A stretch of 64,000 bases of DNA from Anaerolineae bacterium (GTDB lineage: Bacteria; Chloroflexota; Anaerolineae; Epilineales; Epilineaceae): NCBI GenBank assembly GCA_029262755.1, contig JAJCYU010000008.1, forward strand, positions 114 to 64,113, read 5' to 3'. The notes beneath the pieces are model-generated. The model was not told the DNA's origin. It saw only the letters and a program-made list of their open reading frames with translations, and searched no databases. Of this stretch, positions 36,234 to 46,257 are shown in pieces (position 1 is the stretch's first letter; every line of letters begins with the position of its first letter). A program made the position numbers and the translations under genes.

Positions 36234-37139
36234 CTACCCCTCGTCCGCGAGCAGCGCCGTGAGCGCGTCGAGGCCGTCCGTCAGGCAGGCAGGGCCCGGC
36301 TGGAGGATGATCTCGGCCGGGATTTCGTGGACGCGGCCGGTGCGGGCGGCGGTGATCGACGAGAGCGGCGTGCCGTCCGCGGCTTGGCGTGCCAGCGCGG
36401 CGGCGCGGTCGAAGGGTTTGCCGCACCAGGAGGCGAGGTAGATCTCGGGGTCGGCCGCGATGATCTCGTCGGCCCTCACGAAGCGTTCCTTGGCGAGCTT
36501 GCCGTGGGCGCGCGCAGCGAATACGTCGCGGCCGCCCGCCAGCTCGATCAGCTCCGAGACCCAGCGGATGCCGCAGATCGCGGGGTCGTCCCATTCCTCG
36601 AAGTAGACGCGCGGGCGTGCGATTCGCCGGGCGGCGCGCGTCGCTGCGCGTTCCAGGCGTTCGACGTAACCTGTCACCAGCGCCTCCGCGCGCTGCCGCG
36701 CGTCGACTAGGCGGCCCAGATCGAGGATCACATCCAGGATCTGGGTCAGGCTGCGCTGGTTGAAGATGAGCACCTGCAGATTGGCCGCGATCAGATCGCG
36801 CGCCAGATCAGCCTGAATGTCGGAGAAGCCGATGACCAGATCCGGCTCCAGCGCCACGATCTTGTCGACGCTGCCGCCGATGAAGGCCGACACGACGGGC
36901 TTGGTGGCCTTGGCCTCGGGTGGACGCACGGTGTAGGCGCTGATCCCGACGATGCGCGCTTGTTCGCCGAGCGCGTAGAGGATCTCCGTGGGCTCCTCGG
37001 TCAGGCAGACGATGCGTCGGGGGCCGCGGGGGAGGGCGGGGCGCGGGGGGGCGGGCGGCGCGGGCGAGGGGGCGGGGCGGTCGGCGGTGCCGGGGGTTTG
37101 CGAGTCGTCCGGTGCACTCGATCGTGTTGGTGTCGACAT
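36234..37139 (-). CDS. ABC-transporter periplasmic substrate-binding protein, TroA/BtuF-like (cobalamin/Fe-siderophore class); orphan, no adjacent permease or ATPase
   Basis: RIVCLTEEPTEILYALGEQARIVGISAYT...PDLVIGFSDIQ...RVYFEEWDDPAICGIRWVSELIELAGG. Confidence 0.65.
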   Translation of the reverse strand: MSTPTRSSAPDDSQTPGTADRPAPSPAPPAPPRPALPRGPRRIVCLTEEPTEILYALGEQARIVGISAYTVRPPEAKATKPVVSAFIGGSVDKIVALEPDLVIGFSDIQADLARDLIAANLQVLIFNQRSLTQILDVILDLGRLVDARQRAEALVTGYVERLERAATRAARRIARPRVYFEEWDDPAICGIRWVSELIELAGGRDVFAARAHGKLAKERFVRADEIIAADPEIYLASWCGKPFDRAAALARQAADGTPLSSITAARTGRVHEIPAEIILQPGPACLTDGLDALTALLADEG

Positions 37140-37344
37140 AGGAGATCCGAAGTGTGGGCGGGATCGATCACGTCTTGGTGGTCGGCGCGTCCCGTGGTGG
37201 TGTCGAGGTGGCGGACCGGCATGGTAGCGGGTTGCTCGCATGCAAGGCTGCTACGCTTGCGAGGCGTCTCCCCATTGCACCCATTGCACCAATCGTCCCA
37301 ATCGCCCCCAACCGTCCCCCACGCTACACAAGGATTGCCTTCCC

Positions 37345-37962
37345 ATGCGCATCTTGCTCATCGGTTCCAGCGGCACCATCGGGTCCGCGGTCGCGACCGC
37401 GCTCACCGCGAGTGGTCACGAGATCGTCGGGGCATCCCGCGGCGGCGATGTCACGGTCGACATCGAAGACGCGGACTCCATCGCGGCGATGTACGCGACC
37501 GTGGCTGCGGGCGGCGCCGTCGATGCCGTGGTCAGCACCACGGGCTGGTCGACCTTCAAGCCGGTTGCGGAGGTGGATGCCGCGGACATCGAGCGGACTT
37601 GGCGCAACAAGGTCGCGGGGCAGATGAACATCGTCCGCCTCGGCATCCCGCACGTGGCGGACGGCGGCTCGTTCACGCTGACGGCCGGTGTCTTCTCGCA
37701 GCGGCCATGGCCGGGGGTGCCGCTGCCGGCCTCCGCGAACGGCGCCGTCGAGAGCTTCGGCCGTGCGGCCGCGTTGGACCTGCCGCGCGGACAGCGGCTG
37801 AACGTGGTGAGCCCCGGCTTCATCGAGGAGACCGCCAAGCGCATGGGCTACGAAGGCGAGCTCACCGCGTCCGAAGCAGCCGCAGCCTACGTGAAGCTCA
37901 TCGAGGGCGACGCGAACGGCACGGTCGTGTATCCGGGGATCGAGGACTTGCCGCAGGCCTGA
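37345..37962 (+). CDS. SDR-family NAD(P)-dependent oxidoreductase (short form)
   Basis: MRILLIGSSGTIGSAVATAL is a Rossmann-fold motif. AAGGA RBS. Confidence 0.65.
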   Translation: MRILLIGSSGTIGSAVATALTASGHEIVGASRGGDVTVDIEDADSIAAMYATVAAGGAVDAVVSTTGWSTFKPVAEVDAADIERTWRNKVAGQMNIVRLGIPHVADGGSFTLTAGVFSQRPWPGVPLPASANGAVESFGRAAALDLPRGQRLNVVSPGFIEETAKRMGYEGELTASEAAAAYVKLIEGDANGTVVYPGIEDLPQA

Positions 37963-38059
37963 GCAGTCCATGGCGGGCAGCAGCCAGGACCGCTTGCGGC
38001 GAGCGCCGAAGCATGCTGGAATGCGGATGTTGTCGCCGAGTCGCGTAGAGGAGAACACC

Positions 38060-38551
38060 ATGAACTCCGAGCCGGATGGCGATCGCGAGAGCGGCCGGAC
38101 CGTCGACCCAACCCCCAACCCCGACCCCGTCCTCGAACGCCTGCGCGCTTTCTGCCTATCGTTGCCCGACACGGCGGAGAAGGAGACGTGGGAGCATCCG
38201 ACGTTCCGCGTGAACGACAAGATCTTCTGCACCTACAGCTACTCCGCAGGCTATGAGAGCGATCCGGCGGACGAGCCCGGCGGGGATCCGCGGCGTCCGA
38301 CGATCGGCTTCAAGCTCGAGAAGGAGCACCAAGCGTTGTTGGTCAACAGCGATCCTCGCGCACTGGTCGCGGCGTATGTGGGGCGGCACGGGTGGGTGAG
38401 CTTCAACGCATCCCATGCTGACAAGTGGGATGACGGGGCCTGGATGGAGATCCAGGAGCTGATCCTCGAGAGCTTCGACCTGATCGCCCCGAAGCGCACG
38501 CTGAAGAAGCTGGCGGCGTGGGAGGCAGATCGAAAGCCGCTTACACCCTAG
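38060..38551 (+). CDS. MmcQ/YjbR-family protein
   Basis: ETWEHPTFRVNDKIFCTY...GWVSF. GAGGAG RBS. Confidence 0.6.
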   Translation: MNSEPDGDRESGRTVDPTPNPDPVLERLRAFCLSLPDTAEKETWEHPTFRVNDKIFCTYSYSAGYESDPADEPGGDPRRPTIGFKLEKEHQALLVNSDPRALVAAYVGRHGWVSFNASHADKWDDGAWMEIQELILESFDLIAPKRTLKKLAAWEADRKPLTP

Positions 38552-39726
38552 CGATCCGTCCCGTGTGACGCAGAGACCGGGGCGCTGAGAGGGAAGAATC
38601 GGCCGGCGATGCACGGGAGCAGGCCGGGGCCGTTCATGCCCTGGTAACCGCGGCGGCCGGCGGCGGTTGCATGGCAGGCGCGCTCGCGCAGCATGGCGGC
38701 GGTGATCGTGACGCCGTGATCTCGTTGGACGGCCCTTTCGTGCAGGCCGTAGGCGTCCGGTGACGTGCAGGGGGCGTCGGCGGCGCGTTGGGAGAACGGG
38801 GCTTCGTCCGCGCTTTGGTCGATCCACGCGCCGAGCTCTTGGAAGCACAGCGTCCGGCCGTCTTCGAGACGGACGGAGCGGGCGAGGCTGAGGACGACGT
38901 CGCTATCGGTGAAGCAGCGGACGTTCGGGAAGGCGGTTTCGGCGCCGTGGCAGGGGGACCAGCCGCTGGCCATGGCGTGTTCCAAGACGACAACCTCTGG
39001 GGGCGCGCCGATGATCACGTCGCCGATCGTGGGGTCGCGGCCCGCGCAGTCGGCCGGTGCGGGCCACACGCCGTCGGGGTGGACGTTGCCTTGGGCGTCG
39101 AGGACCGCGAGGAGATCGATGCAGGTGCCGTCCGCGGCGCAGTAGCGCAGCGAAAGGCGCAGCGGGATGATCGGGTCCGCCAGGCGGCCGGTCGCGCGGA
39201 TGGCGGCACCGAGCGCGGGTTGCTCGTCGTCGACCAGGGCCCACGCGCCTTCGCCGAGCGGGCCGAGCAGTGCGTGCTCACCAGGTGCTAGTGGGCCGCT
39301 GGACCAGAACGCGGTGCTCGCGGAGCGCAGCGTCGCGCCGCCGTTCGTGAGACGGATGGCTGCGCCGGTGGCGGGGCCCAACTCGGCCGGGTGGAAGCCA
39401 TCGTCGTCGAGAATCACGTCGTGGACGGCTGTCGGAGCGGCGGCGCGCCACGACAGGCCCGCACCGGTACCGTCCACGCCCGTCGCGTCTAGCCAGACGC
39501 GCACATCTTCGCAGCACGAACCGCCGCACTCGACTGGTGGGAGCGCACCGTCCGGAAGCTCGCCGTTCGAACGTTCTTCGGCCGTCGAGAGGAACGTGCG
39601 GGTCGCGCCGTCCACGGGTTCCCTGACCGATTGCGCGTTGACGGGACTCGGGTTACTGTGCCCGGCAAGCAACGTCATCCATACCAACAAGCCCAAACCA
39701 AACCTGCGAATCAAAGAGGTGGCCAT
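38548..39726 (-). CDS. Secreted Cys-rich hypothetical protein
   Basis: Signal peptide MATSLIRRFGLGLLVWMTLLAGHS. AAAGGA RBS. About 14 Cys. Confidence 0.55.
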   Translation of the reverse strand: MATSLIRRFGLGLLVWMTLLAGHSNPSPVNAQSVREPVDGATRTFLSTAEERSNGELPDGALPPVECGGSCCEDVRVWLDATGVDGTGAGLSWRAAAPTAVHDVILDDDGFHPAELGPATGAAIRLTNGGATLRSASTAFWSSGPLAPGEHALLGPLGEGAWALVDDEQPALGAAIRATGRLADPIIPLRLSLRYCAADGTCIDLLAVLDAQGNVHPDGVWPAPADCAGRDPTIGDVIIGAPPEVVVLEHAMASGWSPCHGAETAFPNVRCFTDSDVVLSLARSVRLEDGRTLCFQELGAWIDQSADEAPFSQRAADAPCTSPDAYGLHERAVQRDHGVTITAAMLRERACHATAAGRRGYQGMNGPGLLPCIAGRFFPLSAPVSASHGTDR

Positions 39727-40014
39727 CCCAACATCCTTTCTCAAAGCGGGTGTTTCAAGCTTCAAAACGATCGTGCTTAGAGCGTAGGGAAGGCGCGTTG
39801 CAGGCATATCCCACGGTGCTCCCACGAAGGAATGGGGGCTTCGGCAAGCGCTCGGAAGAGAGTCTTTAAGATTTCTTATGTTATTGACACGTTTTGCTCG
39901 GTCGTGGTACCCTGCGCGGAGCATCCGCGCGTCAACGGATAGCAAGCCCACGTCGCGCGGGATCGTCCGGACTCGTGCATTCGGACGCCGCGTGACATCA
40001 AGGAGGTTGGTCGG

Positions 40015-41256
40015 ATGATCCACATCGTACGTGCCGGTGGACGGCGCTTACTGCTCGTGGCGGGCCTTGCGGCTCTTGCCATGGCGCTGGCGCCTCATGC
40101 CGTGCTTGCCCAGGACGCTACCGTCGCGATCTCGCCCGCGGACAAGGGCGTGGCCTGTAATGAGAACACGACCGTCAGCGTGATGATCAACAACGTAGAG
40201 GACCTCTTCGGGGTCGATTTCAAGATCAGCTATGACCCCAACGTGGTCGACGTGGTGGATGCCGATGGCGGCAATCCCGGAACGCAAATTCAGCAGGGCA
40301 CCTTCCCCGACGTGAGCGGCGGGCAGGGCCTGGTTCAGGTCAACTCGGTCGACGTCGGCACAGGCACGATCAGCTACGCCGCGACCCTGATCAACCCGTC
40401 GCCCGCGCAGGACGGAAGCGGCCCGGCGGCGCAGATTACGTTCACGGGCAAGGCCAATGGCACGACGGACGTCGAGCTCGTGGCCGTGCTGCTGTCGGAC
40501 AACCTCGCGCGGCCCATTCAGGCCGTGCCGATCGACGGCAAGATCACGGTCAGCGGTTGCGACGGAGGCGGTCGTGCAACCGCGACCTCGCAGACGCCAT
40601 CGACACCACCGACACCGGCGACTCCGGCGACCCCGATCCCCGGTGACGACGATGATGACGATGACGATGACGACGACAAGGAATGCGCCCACATCGTGAC
40701 CCGCGGCGAGAACCTCTACGGCATCGCGACGCGCTACGGCGTGACGGCAACGGCCCTGGCCGCCCGCAACAATATCAAGAACCCGAACTGGATCTACGTC
40801 GGCCAGAAGCTGTATATCCCCGGCTGCGTAGGCGGCCGACCCGGTGGCCCTGCGCGACCCGGCGACGGTCCGGATCGGCCCGGTGGTAATCCGGGTGGCG
40901 GCGAGTGCTTCGGCTACTCGATCCAGAACGGCGACCACCTCTTCGGCATCGCGCTGCGCTACGGCGACACGGCCTACAACCTGGCGCTGCGCAACGCGAT
41001 CGTGAACCCGAACCTGATCTATGTCGGCCAGCGGATCGAGGTCTGCGGCGACGGCAAGGCGCCGGCTCCCGGGCCGGGCCCGGCCCCGAAGCCCGTTCCC
41101 GGCGGCAAGTGCAAGTTCACGCACTATGTGAAGCCCGGCGAGAACTTGTTCCGCATCGCGATCAACTACGGCACGAGCTACAACACGCTCGCCACGGTCA
41201 ACAATCTGGTCAGCGCCGAGCTGATCTACGTCGGCCAGGGGCTGTGCATTCCGTAG
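40015..41256 (+). CDS. Secreted cohesin-like domain protein with a poly-Asp (D11) linker and three LysM peptidoglycan-binding domains
   Basis: Signal peptide LLLVAGLAALAMALAPHAVLA. Cohesin-like NENTTVSVMINNVEDLFGVDFKISYDP. LysM ×3: HIVTRGENLYGIATRYGV, YSIQNGDHLFGIALRYGD, HYVKPGENLFRIAINYGT. Confidence 0.75.
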   Translation: MIHIVRAGGRRLLLVAGLAALAMALAPHAVLAQDATVAISPADKGVACNENTTVSVMINNVEDLFGVDFKISYDPNVVDVVDADGGNPGTQIQQGTFPDVSGGQGLVQVNSVDVGTGTISYAATLINPSPAQDGSGPAAQITFTGKANGTTDVELVAVLLSDNLARPIQAVPIDGKITVSGCDGGGRATATSQTPSTPPTPATPATPIPGDDDDDDDDDDDKECAHIVTRGENLYGIATRYGVTATALAARNNIKNPNWIYVGQKLYIPGCVGGRPGGPARPGDGPDRPGGNPGGGECFGYSIQNGDHLFGIALRYGDTAYNLALRNAIVNPNLIYVGQRIEVCGDGKAPAPGPGPAPKPVPGGKCKFTHYVKPGENLFRIAINYGTSYNTLATVNNLVSAELIYVGQGLCIP

Positions 41257-41303
41257 GCTGGACAAGCTGTGGGCTGGACAAACTGTGAGCTGGATACAAC
41301 GCA
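41256..41303. repeat. Three tandem ~16-bp repeats (GGCTGGACAAGCTGTG-like) starting at the LysM gene stop codon
   Basis: ggctggacaagctgtg / ggctggacaaactgtg / agctggatacaacgca. Confidence 0.5.
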
Positions 41304-41341
41304 GCGCACGATGAAAGCTTGCAGCACATGACGAACGCATT

Positions 41342-41369
41342 CCGGAGGCCGCCGTGAGGCGGCCTCCGG
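41342..41369 (+). terminator. Perfect 12-bp-stem hairpin (ccggaggccgcc-gtga-ggcggcctccgg) downstream of the LysM gene; no U-tract
   Basis: Direct reading of the sequence. Confidence 0.4.
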
Positions 41370-41672
41370 TGCGTATGGGGTGAGCGGGGTTCGGTGCGAG
41401 CGAGAGGGCCCGGCGGTAGAGCCTGGGCGGCCGGGTCGACGTGAGGCGTAGCGCGCACTAGCGGAGGTCGCCGAGAAGGTCGCCGCGGAGTACTGGGCGC
41501 GCACCAGCGGAGGTCGCCCAGCAGGTTGCCGCAGAGCACCGCGTACGTCGCCGCGAACGAGGCCTTGCAGGTCGACGAGCGCATCGCCCCGAACATGGAG
41601 GACGAGGTCAATGAACGGTTCGCCGAGTAGCCGAAAGAGTCCGTCGACCAGCACGGCGTCACGCCGAGACCG

Positions 41673-44600
41673 GTGCATGCCGGGCCGCTCTTGCATCGCC
41701 CTCGGGCCGCTGCCATCCTGGCACGCATGAGCGCGCCCGTCCCTCCCCCCGTCTCGCCCACCGGCGCGCCGCGCAACGCGCGGACCGCCCCGTTGCGGAG
41801 CCAACGTCTCCGCCGCCGCATCGCCCCGCCCGTCGTGCTCCTGATGCTGGTTCTGGGAGCCGCCGGACCGTGGGGGGCGCGGCGTCCCGTCGCGGGCCAA
41901 GAACCGCCGACCGTGACGCTCAGCGGCCAGATCGGCGGGCTTGCGTTGGATGTGGCCGTGGTCGCGGCCGGCAGCGCGGACGGAGCCGCGAGCCTGCGCG
42001 TCGCCGTGGGGCCGCGGGTGCTCGCGCTCGACGTCGGGACGACGGCCGGCGCGGACGGCGCACCGCCCGTCACGACGACCGCGACCTCGCCCCTGTTGCC
42101 CGGCCTGGTGAGGGCCGTGGCGGTGGCCGAGGACGGGCGTACGGTTGTCGTGGGCGATGCCTTTGGCGTAGCCGTATGGGACGGCAGCTCCGACGTGCTT
42201 CGACGTACGTTGGATGCCTTCGACGGGCGTGCAGTGACCGTCATCGGAGCGCGCGCCGTCGTGGCTACGCGCGAGGGGGAGATCCGCGTCGTGGATCTTG
42301 CGGACGATGGCGGCGGCGCCCCGGACGCGACGCTCGCCGTAGCCACGGCCGCGCCGGCGGTGGCGCGTGGGACGGCCGAGAACGTCGTGGCCGCGGCGCG
42401 TGTGGGCGACACCTGGTGGGTGGCCGTGCAGGCATCGGACGAATTGCCCGTCGCGTGGCTTGTGCCGATCGCGCTGGTTGGGGCGGAATCGCCGAGCCCG
42501 GGGGCACCCGTGCCGCTCGAGGCGCTGGTGCAGGACGTCTCCGCTACGGCGGATGGAGGGTTGCTCGTCCTGCAGGAACGACTGGGGCTTGCGCGTTGGG
42601 ACGTATCGGACCCGGCGGCGCCTATCGCGGGCGCCCGGCTCTCGCCGGAGGGATTGGATGCTCCGCTTCGTGGTGTGGTCGCGGATCGGGACGATCCACA
42701 AACGGCTTGGTTGCTCGGCGGCTTCGCGGGTGTCTTGGATGGGGACGGTAACTCGGGCACCGGACGCGTATGGCGCATGGCGCTGCCCGAACCGGGCGAT
42801 AGCGCGGCGCCGAGCGTAGCAGCCGTGGTCGCTACGGATCGGATTGCGGACCGTGGGGTCGCGTTGGGCGGCGGGCTGCTGTGGGCACTCCACGGCGATA
42901 CGGCGCTGTCCGCGGTGCGCACCACCGACGGTGCGCCTCCTTCCGGGAACGCGCCGACGCGGATCGGCTCGGCGTGGGCGAGTGTCGGCCTGGTTCGCGG
43001 CACCGCGGCGCGCCCCGATGGCCGGGTCGCGGTGGCCGCGGGTCCGGCGGGTGTCTGGCTGCTCGCCGACCAAGGCGCGGCCGGCTACGCGGTCGTCGAC
43101 GGCCCGTGGTCGGTCGGCGGCGAGGCGGATGCGGTGGCTTGGGACGCAGAGGGCCGGTTGTGGGTGAGCATGCAGCGGCCGGGCGCGGTGCAGGTGCTCG
43201 AGCTCCCGAGCACGCCGGGCGACGATCCGGTCAGCCTGGGGCGGCTCGAAGGGCTGGGCACGCCCGTCGACTTGGCGCTCGACGAGGAGCGCAGGCTGCT
43301 CTATGTGGCCGATGCCGAGACCGGTCTGTGGATCGCGAACGCGGACCCGGCGGCGCCGACCTTGATCGCGGAAGCAGCGGAGCTGACGGAGGCTTGGGCG
43401 ATCGTTCCGGACGTGGACCGGGTCTGGGTGGCCGGCGGCGATCGCGGCATCTATTGGATCGACACGCTGAATCCGGCCGCCACCCGCAGCGTGTACTCCG
43501 CCAACACGCCCGGGACGGCCTTCGGGCTTGCGCGCTTCGGATCGCACTTGCTCGTGGCCGATCTGGAAGGCGGCTTGCAGACCATCCGCACGCTTGCCGG
43601 ACGCCCGATGGCCGGTGGTAGCCTCGCGCTCGGCCAGGTCGTGGACGTCGCGGCGGTGGGCAGCTTCGGCTACGCGGCTGTGACGGGCGTCGGCGTCTTC
43701 GAATTCGATGCGCAGGACATCCGCGTGTTGACCGCACGCCGCGCCGTGCGTGTGCCGGGGCTTGTGCGGCGCCTCGAGTCGATCGAGGCGCGTGTAGGAG
43801 GACGCCTGCTTGCGACCGCGGGCACGGGTGGGCTGAGTTGGTTGGCGGTGCAAGCGCCACCGGGCTTGCCGACGCAGACGCCGCGGCCCACCGCGACCGC
43901 AACACCGACCCCGCCGCCGCCCGCCTTCATCCCTTGGGCCGGCACCGGCCGGGAGGAGACCCCGCTGCGCTTGAAGGATCGCGCGATGTTCACGGCCGAG
44001 GAGCTGGGCGGCCGGGCGCTGGGCGGCGTGGCGCTGCGCGGCGCACGGGCGGTGCTCGGCCTGGCGAACGTCCGTGGCGGCCCGCGCGCGGGACTTGCAC
44101 TGCTGGCGTTGGACGAAGTGCCGCCGCGCCTCTTCGGGCGACACGAGGGCCTGGACGTCGCGCCGCGCGATCTTCTGTTCGACGGCGCGCTGGTGGCGGT
44201 GGCAGCGTGGACCGACGGGCTGCAGCTGGTGAGCGTCGATTCGCTCGGCCGCTTCACCACGGCCGGATCCCTCAGCATGACGCTGCGCGCCGGCGCCGTC
44301 GCACAGGGCGAGGAGGGTACGCTCTACGTGGGCGGCACGCGCCTGGACGCCGGCCCGCGTGGAGGCTTGCTCGCCGTCGACGTGGCGGACTCCAGTGCGC
44401 CCCTTGCCCTCGCGGAAGCGCGCTTGCCCGACGCGGGCGCGATGGCGTATTCGGACGGCGCCCTCTTCGTTCTCGACTACACCGCCGGCCTACGCGTTTT
44501 CGACGCGCGCACGGTCGGCGCGCTCACCGAAGCCGTCACGATACCCGCACCGGGCGCGGCCGACATCGCCGCGCACGTTGCGTCGGACGGGCGCGTGCGC

Positions 44601-45035
44601 GTGGCGCTGGCCGTGCGCTCCGACGGCGGCGCGGTCGACGGCGGCCTCGTCCTGCTCGACACGACCGATCCGCTTTCGCCGACGGTCGCCGGCCGCTGGG
44701 CGCGTAGCGGCGACGAGCCGGGAGCGCTGGCTCGCTTCGTGGCGCTGACCGAGGCGGAGATTCCGGGGCTGGGGGATGACGGTGGTAGCGGCGACGCACG
44801 TCGCGATCGCACGGTCGCGGCACGCGTGGCGCAAGCCGAGGCTCGGGTCGTGGCGTGGATAACCGGAGAGCGGACGCTCTTTGCGTTGGACGTGACGGAC
44901 ATCGCGGCGCCGCGCCTGCTCGCCGAGCTGCGGATGCCGGCCGGCGGTCTGACCGGACTGGCGGCGGACGGCGCGCGTGCGATCGTGCTGCACCGCACGC
45001 GCGGCGCGATCATCGTGGACTTGATGGCGCGCTGA
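41673..45035 (+). CDS. Large secreted LVIVD-repeat protein, paralog 3 (1120 aa; start may be at 41727)
   Basis: LARWDVSDPAAPIAGARL, LWIANADPAAPTLIAEA, LLAVDVADSSAPLALAEA, LFALDVTDIAAPRLLAEL. Signal-like VVLLMLVLGAAGPWG. Confidence 0.6.
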   Translation: MHAGPLLHRPRAAAILARMSAPVPPPVSPTGAPRNARTAPLRSQRLRRRIAPPVVLLMLVLGAAGPWGARRPVAGQEPPTVTLSGQIGGLALDVAVVAAGSADGAASLRVAVGPRVLALDVGTTAGADGAPPVTTTATSPLLPGLVRAVAVAEDGRTVVVGDAFGVAVWDGSSDVLRRTLDAFDGRAVTVIGARAVVATREGEIRVVDLADDGGGAPDATLAVATAAPAVARGTAENVVAAARVGDTWWVAVQASDELPVAWLVPIALVGAESPSPGAPVPLEALVQDVSATADGGLLVLQERLGLARWDVSDPAAPIAGARLSPEGLDAPLRGVVADRDDPQTAWLLGGFAGVLDGDGNSGTGRVWRMALPEPGDSAAPSVAAVVATDRIADRGVALGGGLLWALHGDTALSAVRTTDGAPPSGNAPTRIGSAWASVGLVRGTAARPDGRVAVAAGPAGVWLLADQGAAGYAVVDGPWSVGGEADAVAWDAEGRLWVSMQRPGAVQVLELPSTPGDDPVSLGRLEGLGTPVDLALDEERRLLYVADAETGLWIANADPAAPTLIAEAAELTEAWAIVPDVDRVWVAGGDRGIYWIDTLNPAATRSVYSANTPGTAFGLARFGSHLLVADLEGGLQTIRTLAGRPMAGGSLALGQVVDVAAVGSFGYAAVTGVGVFEFDAQDIRVLTARRAVRVPGLVRRLESIEARVGGRLLATAGTGGLSWLAVQAPPGLPTQTPRPTATATPTPPPPAFIPWAGTGREETPLRLKDRAMFTAEELGGRALGGVALRGARAVLGLANVRGGPRAGLALLALDEVPPRLFGRHEGLDVAPRDLLFDGALVAVAAWTDGLQLVSVDSLGRFTTAGSLSMTLRAGAVAQGEEGTLYVGGTRLDAGPRGGLLAVDVADSSAPLALAEARLPDAGAMAYSDGALFVLDYTAGLRVFDARTVGALTEAVTIPAPGAADIAAHVASDGRVRVALAVRSDGGAVDGGLVLLDTTDPLSPTVAGRWARSGDEPGALARFVALTEAEIPGLGDDGGSGDARRDRTVAARVAQAEARVVAWITGERTLFALDVTDIAAPRLLAELRMPAGGLTGLAADGARAIVLHRTRGAIIVDLMAR

Positions 45036-45217
45036 GATAAGCGTGGGCGGTCGAGCGGGATTGGCCCAAGGGCGGTGGGTGCGTCCGTACGACGTGTACG
45101 ATGACGTAAGCGGTTGAAGCTATCGATCGCCGCCGTGCCGGCAGCAGGTGACTCGTGTGATAGCGGTCGGTGCGGCACGCGAGCCGCCACGACGGACCAC
45201 AGGGACGAGGAGAGGCT

Positions 45218-46132
45218 GTGACGGGGTTTGAGAGCGGTGTGTTCGGCTGGATGGATACGGTGGTATGGGGCGGGCTCGTCGCGTGGCGCGCGTTGGCGGT
45301 GGGGGCCGTGCTCGCGGCCGTCGTTGCCGGTGCGGGGCTCGTGACCGGGGCACTCGGCCGCTCCGGAGCGATCGGAGCGTGGATCGTCGGTGCGCTGATC
45401 TTCGGCTTGGGCGGTCCGGCGTGGGGCGTGCTCGTGATCGTGTTCTTCGTCAGCTCCAGCCTCGTGTCGCGTTGGCGCGACGAGCTGAAGGCAAAGCCGT
45501 CGGCCGTGTTTGCGAAGGGCAGTCGGCGCGACCTGGGGCAGGTGCTTGCCAACGGTGGGGTGGCATCCGCCCTGGCCGTGGGTCACCTGGTGTGGCCGGA
45601 GTCTCCGGCTCTCTTCGCCGCTTTCGTTGGTGCTATTGCCGCCGCTACGGCTGACACTTGGGCCACGGAGATCGGCTTGCTCAGCGCCGCACCGCCGGTG
45701 CTCATCACGACGGGCGAGCCCGTGGAGCGAGGCACGTCGGGCGGGGTGACGGTGCTCGGCACGGTCGCCGCCACGGCCGGCGCGGCCACGATCGGCTTCG
45801 CGGCGATGTTGCTCTTCGCGAGCCGCGTGGCGCTGGAGTTCGGCATCTACGATGCCCGGATGATGGACTTCGGCAGCCTGGCGATTCGTCTCTTGCCGAT
45901 CGCCGCCGTGGCCGGCCTAGCGAGTGCAGCCATCGACAGCCTGATGGGCGCGACCGTACAGGCCGTGTACTACAGCGACGCGTTGCAACGCGAAACGGAG
46001 CGGCCGCGGAATGCGGAGGGCGAGCGCCATCCGCTGGTCCGGGGCAAGCGCTGGATCACGAACGACGTGGTGAACGTGGTGGCGAGCGTTTGTGGGGCGG
46101 CGCTGGCGTGGGTGTTGGCGGTGGCGTGGTGA
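45218..46132 (+). CDS. DUF92 (TMEM19-like) integral membrane protein
   Basis: Multiple TM helices. GAIAAATADTWATEIGLLS is a DUF92-like motif. Confidence 0.55.
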   Translation: MTGFESGVFGWMDTVVWGGLVAWRALAVGAVLAAVVAGAGLVTGALGRSGAIGAWIVGALIFGLGGPAWGVLVIVFFVSSSLVSRWRDELKAKPSAVFAKGSRRDLGQVLANGGVASALAVGHLVWPESPALFAAFVGAIAAATADTWATEIGLLSAAPPVLITTGEPVERGTSGGVTVLGTVAATAGAATIGFAAMLLFASRVALEFGIYDARMMDFGSLAIRLLPIAAVAGLASAAIDSLMGATVQAVYYSDALQRETERPRNAEGERHPLVRGKRWITNDVVNVVASVCGAALAWVLAVAW

Positions 46133-46257
46133 AGGGGCGAGCGGTGTTGATCACCGCTGTGCACCAAAGAGGCGTATTCGCAGGACACTCGGAAGGCGAC
46201 TCACCGCGACGATGTCGGACGTGTCGCGGCTCGGGGTGATCATCCGACGACCCCACC

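Noticed and set aside
41226-44144. 972-aa minus-strand ORF antisense to the LVIVD paralog 3 gene (several similar ORFs overlap 41210–45586)
   Set aside because: Low-complexity Arg/Gly-rich product antisense to a repeat-containing protein with clear signal peptide and LVIVD blades; a GC-driven artefact.
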